Positions 20,483 through 28,903 of a DNA stretch of 64,000 nt are shown piece by piece. A program made the translations under genes and the position numbers. Source of the DNA: Magnetococcales bacterium DC0425bin3 (GTDB taxonomy: Bacteria; Pseudomonadota; Magnetococcia; Magnetococcales; DC0425bin3); the NCBI GenBank assembly GCA_002753665.1, contig PEAP01000003.1:15054-79053 (forward strand), written 5' to 3'. Every line of letters begins with the position of its first letter. The first letter of the stretch is position 1. Below the pieces are notes generated by a model. That model made no database searches. It was not told the origin of the DNA and was given only the letters and a program-made list of their open reading frames with translations.

Positions 20483-20995
20483 TTGAACCTCACCACCACC
20501 CCTCTGCTGATGCTGATCGGCATCCTGTTCCTCGCCGCCCTGCTGGCCGACCGGCGCCATGCCCTCCGCGTCCGCGCGGACGGCCGGGGCATGGCCCGGG
20601 AACGACCCTTCAAGTGCCTCAAGGGCAACTGTCACAACGGCTACGGCGAGGCCCGCTTCGTCAACGGCAACCTCTACCGGGGGCAGTACCGGAAGGGCCG
20701 CAAGCACGGCCGGGGCACCTTCATCTGGCGGGATGGCCGGATGTACGACGGCCAGTGGCGGGACGGGCGCATGAACGGCCCGGGAGTGATGACCTTTCCC
20801 CTGGGCGGCCGCTTCGAGGGCAATTTCGTCGAGGATCGCAAGGAGGGACGGGGCCGCTACACCTGGCCCAACGGCGGGGTCTACGAGGGGGAGTTCAAGA
20901 ACGACAAGCGTCACGGCCCGGGCGCCTACACCGATCCCGAAGGCCGCACCCTGCGCTGCCTCTGGTGCGAGGATCGGCCGGTGACCCCCTCCTGA
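20483..20995 (+). CDS. MORN-repeat protein with N-terminal membrane anchor or signal
   Basis: Repeated Y-x-G-x-[WF]-x-x-[GD]-x-x-x-G-x-G units (YRGQYRKGRKHGRGTF, YDGQWRDGRMNGPGV, YEGEFKNDKRHGPGAY). TTG start at 20483; alternative ATG at 20510. Confidence 0.8.
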   Translation: MNLTTTPLLMLIGILFLAALLADRRHALRVRADGRGMARERPFKCLKGNCHNGYGEARFVNGNLYRGQYRKGRKHGRGTFIWRDGRMYDGQWRDGRMNGPGVMTFPLGGRFEGNFVEDRKEGRGRYTWPNGGVYEGEFKNDKRHGPGAYTDPEGRTLRCLWCEDRPVTPS

Positions 20996-21003
20996 TCCCC
21001 TGT

Positions 21004-22815
21004 TCAACGCGGCGGTTCGGCGGCGAAGTTGATGACGATCCCATCGGGCAGGCCTGACGGGACCCCTCCGGCATCCGCGGCCGCCGGCTCCCCCTCCCCG
21101 GTCAGCTCGCCACGCAGTTTGCGGTACAGCCGATGCTGCGGATGAATGACCAGGGCCTTGTCCACCTCCGCCAGAGCCTTGACGGTCTCGCCCAGGGCCT
21201 GGAAAGCCACCGCCAGGTGGTAATGGGCGTTGCCATGCTCGGGATGTCGCGCCACCAACCCCTGCAGGAGTTCCACGGCTTCCCGGTAACGTCCCTGGCC
21301 GTTGCGCAGCGCCCCCAGATTGGACTGGGCGTTGGGATCCCCGGGGGCGATGCGCAGCGCCATGGCCACCGGCTCCTCCGCCTCGGCGAAGCGCCCCAGA
21401 TTGAGCAGCATGGCGGCGGTGTTGAGGTGGCTGGAGAACAGGCGGGGATAGCGTTCCCGCAGCGCCTGGAAGTGGACCAGGGCCTTCTCGAACTGTCCCA
21501 CCGCATGCCAGGCGCTGCCGGCCTGGAGCCGCACGATCCGGCTCTGGGGCTGGAGGCGGGCGTTCTCTTCCCAGAGCAGGGGGGGCGAGGCCATCAGGGT
21601 ATTGCGCAGCAGGGTGAAAACCCCCAACGTCCCCAGCAGGGCCAGCCACAGGGGACGGCGCAGGGTCCGGGCCAGGGCGCTGCCCCGCGCCAGCAGCCGG
21701 TCCCCCGCCAGCACCACGAAGATCAGCGGGCCGCTGCTGGAGAGATAGGCCCGGTATTCCAGGGGATAGTTGTGGACCATGGGCAACACGCTGTGCAGGG
21801 GCGCCATGACCAGCAGAAACCAGCCCAGGGCGAACGCCCACAGCCGCCGCCGGGCCGCCCCGACCAGGGTGAGGCCCACCAGGATCAGAAAAGCCGCGAC
21901 CCAAGGCCAAGCCTGCGCTGGTCCCTGGGGGGTCCAGCTGTAATCCATGACCAGATCGGTGGGCCAGAAGGTGATCTGCAGGTAATGGAACAGCACCCGG
22001 GGCTGGTTGAGGGCGTAGAGCAGGGGATCGTCCTGGGGCTGGACCGTCCCCGCCCAGCGTTTGAGATCCAGCCGCAGCAGGATGGTGACGGTCATGGCCA
22101 CCAGGGCCAGGGCCATGCCGCCATGGAGGATCCGGCCCTGCCACAGGATCCGCCGCCAGGAGTCCGGGAAGAAGAACCAATGGGTGAAAAAAAGCACGAA
22201 GGGGGCCGCCACCATGGTCTCATTGGCCCCCAGCCCCAGCAGAAAGGCCCCCAGCGCCAGGACCGTCCAGCGCCGCTCCCGCCCCCGGTCCGAAGTGGTC
22301 CAGCCGCGCAGGGCGCAGTAATGGGTCAGGAGCAGGAAGAGGGCCATGAGGATGGCGCTGCGTCCGCTCAGATAGGTGACGCCATGGACCAGCAGGGGGT
22401 GCAGCCCCCAGGCCAGGGTGGCCAGGGCGGCCGGCCAGGCGGTGCCGTCCGGAAACAGCGCCCGCAGCCGGGGCAGCTCCAGCAACCGCCGCAGCAGGCC
22501 GAACAGGGTCAGCACCGCCAGCAGGTGAATGATCAGGTTGACCAGATGATGGGGCCAGATCCGTTCGAGACCACCCATGGCCCAACTGAGGGCATAGGTG
22601 AAATTGCTCAGGGGGCGCATCATCAAACCGGTGGACGCCGGTGGATCGAGGGACTGCGTCAGGGGCAGGATGCTGTGGATGGAGGGGTTGTTGCCGATGT
22701 TGAGGATGTCGTCGAACAGCAGGGGTACCTGCAGGCTGTTGGCGTAGGCCAGACTGACCACGGCCAGAATCAGCAGGGCTGGACTGGTCGAGGAGGGCCA
22801 AACGGCATCCTTCAA
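21004..22815 (-). CDS. polytopic membrane protein (GT-C / PMT-TMTC-like glycosyltransferase fold) with C-terminal TPR repeats
   Basis: N-terminal LAYANSLQVPLLFDDILNI (first-loop DD motif), about 10 hydrophobic helices and a C-terminal TPR block (AWHAVGQFEKALVHFQ...HYHLAVAFQALGE). Proposed start is TTG 22815, 6 nt after GGAGG. The track extension to 23058 reads as off-frame junk. Confidence 0.6.
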   Translation of the reverse strand: MKDAVWPSSTSPALLILAVVSLAYANSLQVPLLFDDILNIGNNPSIHSILPLTQSLDPPASTGLMMRPLSNFTYALSWAMGGLERIWPHHLVNLIIHLLAVLTLFGLLRRLLELPRLRALFPDGTAWPAALATLAWGLHPLLVHGVTYLSGRSAILMALFLLLTHYCALRGWTTSDRGRERRWTVLALGAFLLGLGANETMVAAPFVLFFTHWFFFPDSWRRILWQGRILHGGMALALVAMTVTILLRLDLKRWAGTVQPQDDPLLYALNQPRVLFHYLQITFWPTDLVMDYSWTPQGPAQAWPWVAAFLILVGLTLVGAARRRLWAFALGWFLLVMAPLHSVLPMVHNYPLEYRAYLSSSGPLIFVVLAGDRLLARGSALARTLRRPLWLALLGTLGVFTLLRNTLMASPPLLWEENARLQPQSRIVRLQAGSAWHAVGQFEKALVHFQALRERYPRLFSSHLNTAAMLLNLGRFAEAEEPVAMALRIAPGDPNAQSNLGALRNGQGRYREAVELLQGLVARHPEHGNAHYHLAVAFQALGETVKALAEVDKALVIHPQHRLYRKLRGELTGEGEPAAADAGGVPSGLPDGIVINFAAEPPR

Positions 22816-23009
22816 AGCGCGCCTCCCGGACGGGGCAGGAGGTGTATGTTCGAATCGAATTGGATATGTTCGACCGCCAGAGCAGCAGGCAGCGTCATTC
22901 CACAATAGCTGCAGTAGGGACCCAACCGTTCGACGAGATGAGGCCGAGCGGTGGCGTAATTGTGGAATACGACTCCGATCGGCGCTGGACCACGGTCGAT
23001 GGGCCTCAT
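22812..23009 (-). pseudogene. 65-codon ORF resembling the N-terminal half of a PtuB/TIGR02646-type HNH nuclease (truncated remnant or mini-protein)
   Basis: MRPIDRGPAP...RLGPYCSYCGMTLPAALAVEHIQ has the CxxC...EH first half of the family but lacks the downstream W-N-L/CxxCN half. The start overlaps the ATPase stop (ATGA). The stop overlaps the TTG of the next gene (TTGA). Confidence 0.4.
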
Positions 23010-24301
23010 GGACGCCGTCCCTCCGCTGCCAGCCGTTCCATGCGCAAAAAGGCCACAAAGGCCGGATCGTCCGCGAAGGGCTCGGCCAGCTCGTCCAGGC
23101 GCTGCTTAAGTGCTGCCAGCTCCGTCTCCGGGGCGGCGGGAATCCGTTCCAGCAACCGGTAATACGCCTCGGCAGCGACCACCATTTCCTGGCGGCGTTG
23201 GCTCCGTTGGGGCAGGGGAACGCCCTGGATCCACTCGATGATATCCTCTGGGCTGGCGTTGGCGTGGGAAAGTGTGGCCTTGTAATCGGGATCCAGATTG
23301 TACAGGCTCCCCTCCCAGAGGCTCTGGATAATGAAAGGAGAATGGGTGGTGGCCACGAACTGCAGGTTGGGAAAGGCGGTCCGCAGGTCCCCGACCACTC
23401 GCCGTTGCCACTTGGGATGAAGGTGGAGGTCGATCTCGTCGATGAGTACCAGACCGGTGGTCCGCTGTGGCGCCTCCTGGCCGAAAAATGGGTTCAGAAC
23501 CGTGGCCCGCCAGGCGATGTCGGCCACCATGGCCAGCATGTTCCGATAGCCATCGGAAAGCATGTCAAAGGTGAAGAGAGGGCCATCGTCCATCTCCAGA
23601 ACCAGTTCCTCCCGGGCCAAGTCGTAACGAAAGCTGCGTGCCCCTTCCAGAAAGGTGAGAACCACCCGTTCGATGGTGTGGGCATGAAGGCTGGTCTGTC
23701 CCCGCTGGGCGTCGATCAGAGCCTGCCGACGCAGCCAGGCGGTCAGATGTTTGTGGTTGGAGGCAGGATCCAGACAATCCCGGTAGCCGGCCAACCGACC
23801 GGGAATCTTGGGACCCATGTCGGCCAATTCCCGTTTTTGCCGCCACAGACGTTGGGTTCCATAATAGGCCAGCACCGGTAATGGGCGCTGTTCCCCCCCG
23901 GCCACCGCCTTCCGCAGTTCTTCCGCCAGGGCCACCAGTTCCACGGCCTCCCGTCGCGTGGTTCGCCCCCTGGGACCATACAGGCCTCGGCGCCAGGAAA
24001 CCGCATGGTCGGCTACCTGTCCCCGGGCCGCGACGACGGCCGGGTATTGGGGTTGCAGGTCGGCGAGGCCGTCGAACACATGAACCACCCGTCGGACTTC
24101 CTCCTGGCCGATGCTCCGGCCTTGAATCCCCGGAAAACCCAACAGGAACCCTCCCATGGCCACTGCCAGGGCCTCCAGCAGGCTGGTCTTGCCGCTGGCG
24201 TTGTTGCCCACCAGCAGGGTAAACCTGGGGTCCAGGGAAAGTTCCTTGGCAGCGAAGCCATGGAAATTCTGGGTTTGAAGTTCCGTGATTTTCATGGTCA
24301 T
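23006..24301 (-). CDS. ABC/SMC-type AAA15/21-family ATPase, PtuA-like (Septu / retron-associated type)
   Basis: MKITELQTQNFHGF, Walker A LLVGNNASGKTSLLEAL, signature-like MLSDGYRNMLAMV, Walker B GLVLIDEIDLHLHPKWQ and H-loop FVATTHSPFIIQS. Visibly lower GC than its neighbours. Confidence 0.75.
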   Translation of the reverse strand: MTMKITELQTQNFHGFAAKELSLDPRFTLLVGNNASGKTSLLEALAVAMGGFLLGFPGIQGRSIGQEEVRRVVHVFDGLADLQPQYPAVVAARGQVADHAVSWRRGLYGPRGRTTRREAVELVALAEELRKAVAGGEQRPLPVLAYYGTQRLWRQKRELADMGPKIPGRLAGYRDCLDPASNHKHLTAWLRRQALIDAQRGQTSLHAHTIERVVLTFLEGARSFRYDLAREELVLEMDDGPLFTFDMLSDGYRNMLAMVADIAWRATVLNPFFGQEAPQRTTGLVLIDEIDLHLHPKWQRRVVGDLRTAFPNLQFVATTHSPFIIQSLWEGSLYNLDPDYKATLSHANASPEDIIEWIQGVPLPQRSQRRQEMVVAAEAYYRLLERIPAAPETELAALKQRLDELAEPFADDPAFVAFLRMERLAAEGRRP

Positions 24302-24326
24302 GCCATGCGTAACGACAAGTCGTCGG

Positions 24327-25862
24327 TCATCCCGGCCCCTGTCCGGAGGTCCGCGCCCCTGTCTTGCCCTTCTTGTCCCCGCCCTTGATCTCCTCCAGAT
24401 TGACCCGGAACCGGCTGGCCTCCGCCGGGGGATCGATGAAAATGGCTTGGAATTTCATCTCCTTGCCAGGAATCACCTTGGGGACCTTGAGCTTTTCGGT
24501 GTCGGCCTGGGAGGCGACCATGCGCAGCAGGTTCTGGTCATGGGTGGGAAAATCCTTCTCCTGCAACACCCGACCCGGAATCACCCGGGCCGTGGCCACC
24601 GGCTGCTGCTGGTCGTCCAACAGTTCGACCACCACCATCTGGGCACTGCGGGCCGTCCGGGCTTCATTGCCGATGCCGCCCATCACCATCAGCATGGGAT
24701 TGCCTTCGGGGCTGGACTGCCACTGTCCCTCCACCCCGATCAGCGCCAGTTCGCTCCCACCCCGCATCTTCTTCTGCAGCCAATCGCTCTGACCGAAGGA
24801 GCCCACCAGCCAGGTCAGTCCCAGAATGGCGGCCGCGGTCCAGAGGATCTTGCGCACCTTGGGGCTGTCGAAGGGCAGGGCGGTTTTCTTCTCTTCTTCC
24901 TCCTCCTCCGGCTCCTCGTCATCGACGGATCCGGTCAGGTCGATATCCTCATCGGCCGCGAAATCCTTCGTGAAGTCGGAATCGGTGGCCGGCTCCACCG
25001 GATCGTCGTCATGATCGAGCTTCTGCCGGCCCCGCTGGGAAGGCGGCGCCAACTGGGTGGGGGCATCTTCGTCCACCCTGCTGGGCAGGGGCTCGTCATC
25101 CAACCCCTCGACGGGCTCCTGCAACATCGGACCGGTGGTGTCCTCGTCCAGGTTGATCTCTTCGATGCGGGTGAGATCCTCGTCTTCCTCCAGGGTCAGA
25201 TCGTCATCCAGCCCATCCGGCTTCTCCAACTCGTCGCCATCCGCGGCGTCTTCCGGACCCAGGCCGCTCAGATCCACCTCTTCCAGCTCGTCCCCGACCA
25301 GTCCGGCCGCCCCGGACGCTTCCTCGCCCTCCTCCAGGTCCGGCAGCCCTCCTTCCAGCCCCTCGTCCTCCTCCACTTCCTCGCCGGCCAGTTGGCTGAG
25401 GGCCGACGCGGGATCTCCCGCGTCCTCCTCCCCCAGAGCGTCGGAATCGATCCGGCCCATCAGGGATTCCAGGGATTCCTCGTCCGACTCCGCTGCCCCG
25501 GCGGCAGGCTCTTCCTCCGCTGCCCCGGCGGCAGGCTCTTCTCCCCCTTCGTCGGCAGCGGATTCCCCTGCCGGATCCGGTTCCTCCAGATCTTCCAACC
25601 CCTCTCCGATCCCCTCCCCATCGGGTTCTGCATCCCCCTCCGGCTCGGCTTCCGCCTGATCCTTGTCTTCCTCCAGGTCCGCCGCCGGCGGCTCCTCATC
25701 CGGCAGACCCCTGGAACCGGCAGGTTCGGGATCTCCCTTCCTGGGAGGGTCCTGGAAAAAGACGTGCTTGCAGCGGGAGCATTTGAGCTTGCGCCCGGCG
25801 GGCTGCAGGATCATGTCCTCCACATCGAAACGGCTGCCGCAACTGTTGCACTGGACGATCAC
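24327..25862 (-). CDS. MJ0042-type zinc-ribbon protein with acidic low-complexity linker, one TM helix and a DUF3426 C-terminal domain
   Basis: Proposed GTG start gives (M)IVQCNSCGSRFDVEDMILQPAGRKLKCSRCKHVF. This is followed by about 280 aa of D/E/P/A-rich sequence, a TM segment (ILWTAAAILGLTWLVGSF) and a DUF3426-like beta domain. The track ORF extends to 26117 without homology. Confidence 0.7.
   Translation of the reverse strand: MIVQCNSCGSRFDVEDMILQPAGRKLKCSRCKHVFFQDPPRKGDPEPAGSRGLPDEEPPAADLEEDKDQAEAEPEGDAEPDGEGIGEGLEDLEEPDPAGESAADEGGEEPAAGAAEEEPAAGAAESDEESLESLMGRIDSDALGEEDAGDPASALSQLAGEEVEEDEGLEGGLPDLEEGEEASGAAGLVGDELEEVDLSGLGPEDAADGDELEKPDGLDDDLTLEEDEDLTRIEEINLDEDTTGPMLQEPVEGLDDEPLPSRVDEDAPTQLAPPSQRGRQKLDHDDDPVEPATDSDFTKDFAADEDIDLTGSVDDEEPEEEEEEKKTALPFDSPKVRKILWTAAAILGLTWLVGSFGQSDWLQKKMRGGSELALIGVEGQWQSSPEGNPMLMVMGGIGNEARTARSAQMVVVELLDDQQQPVATARVIPGRVLQEKDFPTHDQNLLRMVASQADTEKLKVPKVIPGKEMKFQAIFIDPPAEASRFRVNLEEIKGGDKKGKTGARTSGQGPG
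25490..25543. repeat. 27-bp tandem duplication (x2, one mismatch) inside the acidic linker
   Basis: ccgctgccccggcggcaggctcttcct / ccgctgccccggcggcaggctcttctc encodes a repeated EEPAAGAAE. Confidence 0.85.
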
Positions 25863-26085
25863 TGGGCTGTTCCTTCCGCGAAACCGGAGCCTTCCCTGAC
25901 CCTTGAGAATTGTTGCCACAATACCATAATCAAAATTCGTGCCGTAAGCATCAACCGGAACGAAATGTCCGCCGCCGGACATCCGGCAGCCCCATTTCTG
26001 CGCCATAAGCCTTGATCTTCCGCGCCCGTTTCCTGAAACTGCAAGTCCCCCAACCTCTTTCCAGCCCGACCGAAAGGAATTCACC

Positions 26086-26481
26086 ATGACCACACCGGCC
26101 ATGACCACACCGGACAATCTGAAATATACCAGGGAACACGAATGGTGCCGCCCCGAGGGAGCGGAGGTGGTGGTGGGGGTGACCCAGTACGCCGCCAGTC
26201 AGCTCGGCGACGTGGTGTTCGTGGAACTGCCGGCGGTCGGCGCCCCGGTCACCGCCGGCCAACCCTTCGGCGTGGTGGAGTCGGTGAAATCGGTCTCCGA
26301 CCTGTTCGCCCCGGTCAGCGGCACCGTCAGCGCCATCAATTCGACCCTCCCCGATGCCCCGGAACAGGTCAACCAGGACCCTTATGGCGAAGGATGGATG
26401 ATCCGCATCCGCCCCGTCCCAGGGGACCAGATGACCGGCCTGCTGTCGGCGGCGGACTATGCGGCCTTGATCGCCGGATGA
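26086..26481 (+). CDS. gcvH: glycine cleavage system protein H
   Basis: LKYTREHEW...GVTQYAASQLGDVVFVELP...VESVKSVSDLFAPVSG, including the lipoyl-lysine motif ESVK. Confidence 0.93.
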   Translation: MTTPAMTTPDNLKYTREHEWCRPEGAEVVVGVTQYAASQLGDVVFVELPAVGAPVTAGQPFGVVESVKSVSDLFAPVSGTVSAINSTLPDAPEQVNQDPYGEGWMIRIRPVPGDQMTGLLSAADYAALIAG

Positions 26482-26495
26482 CCGGCATTTGACAT

Positions 26496-26526
26496 GACGG
26501 CTTTCCCACATGCTGGGAAAGCCGTC
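26496..26526. terminator. perfect 13-bp stem / 5-nt loop hairpin between convergent gcvH and the rlmD-like gene
   Basis: GACGGCTTTCCCA-catgc-TGGGAAAGCCGTC. There is no clear U-tract on either side, so terminator function is inferred from position only. Confidence 0.4.
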
Positions 26527-26552
26527 GAATGTCGATGGATGGGAAAAACCGC

Positions 26553-27836
26553 TCAGCCCAGAAACAGGGCCGTCAGCTCCACATGGTGGGTCTGGGGCAG
26601 CATCTCCACCGGCACCACCGCCGCCAGCCGCAGCCCACCCCGCACCAGCCGGGCCGCGTCCCGGGCAAACGTGGCCGGGTCGCAGGAGACATACACCACC
26701 CGCCGGGGCGGCGCCGCGGCCAGCCGTTCGGCCAGGGCCACCGCCCCCTGGCGGGGCGGATCCAGCACCACCACATCCTCCCTGCCCCAGGGCAGCCGCC
26801 GCGGATCCGGGCCGACCAGCAGATCGGCCTGCTGGAAGGTCACCCCGGTCAGACCTGCCTCCCGGGCATTCTGCCGCCCACGGGCCACCGCCGGACCATA
26901 CCCTTCCAGCCCCAGCACCTGCCGAAACCGCCCCGCCAGAGGCAGCGTGAAATTGCCTACTCCGCAAAACAGATCCACAACCCGCTCACCCCGCCCGGCC
27001 TGCTCCAACACCAACTCGGCCAAGGGACGGTTCTGCTCGAAATTGGCCTGGGTGAACATCTCGGGGCGGTAACCCAACACCACGTCCCCCACCCGATAGC
27101 AGGGATCGGGCCCCTCCACCAGCGGCCGCAACGTCCCCTTGCGCCCCATCTGGGCCCAGATCTGCAGAACCCCATGGTCACGGGCAAATCCGGCCATGGC
27201 CGCCCGGTCCGACCCGCCGGGCTCCCGCAACAGATGAAAGACCAGGGCCGGACCGTTGTCGCCGCACACCCCGTCCACCTGGGGCACACGGGCCGCCACC
27301 GACAGGGTGGCGATCAGCTCCCGCAACGGCCCCAGCAGCTCGGCCAGCCGGGGATGCAGCACCGGACACCCGGGCAGGTCCACCACCCGATGGCTGGCGG
27401 CGGCGAAGAAGCCCAGCAACACGCGCTCCCCCACCCGGCGCACCTTGAATCCGGCCCGCCGCCGATAGCCCAGGGGCGCGGGGGCCGGCAGAATGGGCGC
27501 CAGCACCCCCTCCTCCAGGGCCAGCCGGCCCACCCGGGTCACGGCCTCGGCCACCATCTCTTCCCGAACCCGGCCTTGCCCGGCCGGGGCGAGATGCAGC
27601 AACCGGCAGCCGCCGCACTGGCCATGCAGGGGACAGGGTGGCTCCACCCGCCAGGGGCCCGGGGCCAGAATCTCCCGGATTTCCCCCTTGAGATACCCCC
27701 GGCCCCCGGGACTCAACGCCACCCGCAACCGATCCCCGGGGGCGGCAAACGGCACAAACACCGCCTGCCCCTGATGATGGGCCAAACCATGGCCTCCCGC
27801 GACCACCCGTTCGATATCGAGTGCAATGGTCTCCAT
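26553..27836 (-). CDS. rlmD: 23S rRNA (uracil-5-)-methyltransferase RlmD/RumA-like (TRAM + [4Fe-4S] + class I SAM MTase)
   Basis: N-terminal TRAM-like domain, Cys cluster PPCPLHGQCGGCRLLH, SAM motif VVDLFCGVGNFTLPLA and C-terminal VYVSCDPATFARD. Confidence 0.8.
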   Translation of the reverse strand: METIALDIERVVAGGHGLAHHQGQAVFVPFAAPGDRLRVALSPGGRGYLKGEIREILAPGPWRVEPPCPLHGQCGGCRLLHLAPAGQGRVREEMVAEAVTRVGRLALEEGVLAPILPAPAPLGYRRRAGFKVRRVGERVLLGFFAAASHRVVDLPGCPVLHPRLAELLGPLRELIATLSVAARVPQVDGVCGDNGPALVFHLLREPGGSDRAAMAGFARDHGVLQIWAQMGRKGTLRPLVEGPDPCYRVGDVVLGYRPEMFTQANFEQNRPLAELVLEQAGRGERVVDLFCGVGNFTLPLAGRFRQVLGLEGYGPAVARGRQNAREAGLTGVTFQQADLLVGPDPRRLPWGREDVVVLDPPRQGAVALAERLAAAPPRRVVYVSCDPATFARDAARLVRGGLRLAAVVPVEMLPQTHHVELTALFLG

Positions 27837-27886
27837 ATTTGCCTAGAATATCGCTCCGTTCCAGATCATCCTCGTGAGAACTGCCC

Positions 27887-28903
27887 GTGAGCCGTGCCCG
27901 CACGCGAGCCGACCGCCTGCCCACCCTGAACCGCCGGTTCACCCAGGGCAGCCTGCTGCTGCTGGGGGCCACCCTGGCCGGTTTCGCCGCCGGGCAATGG
28001 TGGTTCTGGGAGCTGTTTGCACATTTTCGGGTGCAATACACCCTGGCCGCCCTGGTGGGCGTGGCCCTGGCCCTGGGCTTGAAGCGGCCCCTGTGGGGCG
28101 TGCTGCTGGGCTTCTGCGCCGGCCTCAATGGCGCCCAACTGCTGCCCCTGCTCCCCAATGGCGCGGACCTCCCTCCGCCCCCGGGTCCGACCCTGAGACT
28201 GTTGAGCTACAACCTCAACGCCTTCAAGTCCATGGAGCCAGAGATGCTCGCCTGGCTGGAGCGGGAATCCTTCGACATCCTCGTGCTGCTGGAGGTGACT
28301 TCCGAGGACTGGCAGGCCCTGGCCCCCCTGCGCGCCCACTACCCCCACTGGACCGTCAAACCCAGCCCCACCCCCAACGGCGTGGCCCTGTTGAGCCGGG
28401 TGCCCGGCACCCGAACGGCGGTGTTCGAGATTCCCGGTGTCTCCTCTCCGGGGGTGAGCGCCTACCTCTCCCTGGCGGGTCGGCCCCTGACCATCCTGGG
28501 TCTCCATCCGCCCCCATCCCATTCCCCGCAGCGCTCGGAGGTCCAGGACCAGGTCTTTCAGGAGGTGATCCGGCTGGCGGCCAGCCGCCCGGCGCCCCTG
28601 GTGGTGGCCGGGGACCTCAACAGCACCCGCTGGTCACCGCGTTTCCAGAACCTGCTGACCGCCACCGGCCTGCGGGACAGCAGCGACGGGCGCGGCTGGC
28701 ATCCCACCTGGCCCTCCTGGCTGGTGGGATTGCCCCTGTTGATTCCCATCGACCATTTCCTCCACACCCCGGAGATCACCGTCCATCAGCGCCGGGTGGG
28801 AGCCGACCGCGGCTCGGACCATTATCCCCTGGAAGTGATCTTCGGCTGGAACGCGCCCCGGCGGGCGGTCAACGAAACAGCTTCAGCACGCCCTGCACCT
28901 TGA
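27887..28903 (+). CDS. endonuclease/exonuclease/phosphatase (EEP) family protein with N-terminal TM helices
   Basis: LRLLSYNLNAF...DILVLLEVT...VVAGDLNST...GSDHYPLEV are EEP catalytic motifs. GTG start. Confidence 0.75.
   Translation: MSRARTRADRLPTLNRRFTQGSLLLLGATLAGFAAGQWWFWELFAHFRVQYTLAALVGVALALGLKRPLWGVLLGFCAGLNGAQLLPLLPNGADLPPPPGPTLRLLSYNLNAFKSMEPEMLAWLERESFDILVLLEVTSEDWQALAPLRAHYPHWTVKPSPTPNGVALLSRVPGTRTAVFEIPGVSSPGVSAYLSLAGRPLTILGLHPPPSHSPQRSEVQDQVFQEVIRLAASRPAPLVVAGDLNSTRWSPRFQNLLTATGLRDSSDGRGWHPTWPSWLVGLPLLIPIDHFLHTPEITVHQRRVGADRGSDHYPLEVIFGWNAPRRAVNETASARPAP

Noticed and set aside
22816-23058. N-terminal 81-codon extension of the track ORF 21004..23058 (MWPFCAWNGWQRRDG...)
   Set aside because: The sequence is W/R/C-rich with no homology and overlaps the HNH-like ORF in another frame. 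A TTG start with a GGAGG RBS at 22815 gives a typical N-terminus for the membrane protein.
25863-26085. Possible glycine riboswitch upstream of gcvH
   Set aside because: I looked for the conserved glycine-aptamer cores (GGAGAG ... CACCGAAGGGGCAA-type, CUCUGGAGAG) and did not see them. Only a small hairpin (ATGTCCG-ccgc-CGGACAT at 25965-25982) is present. A covariance-model scan would be needed to be sure.
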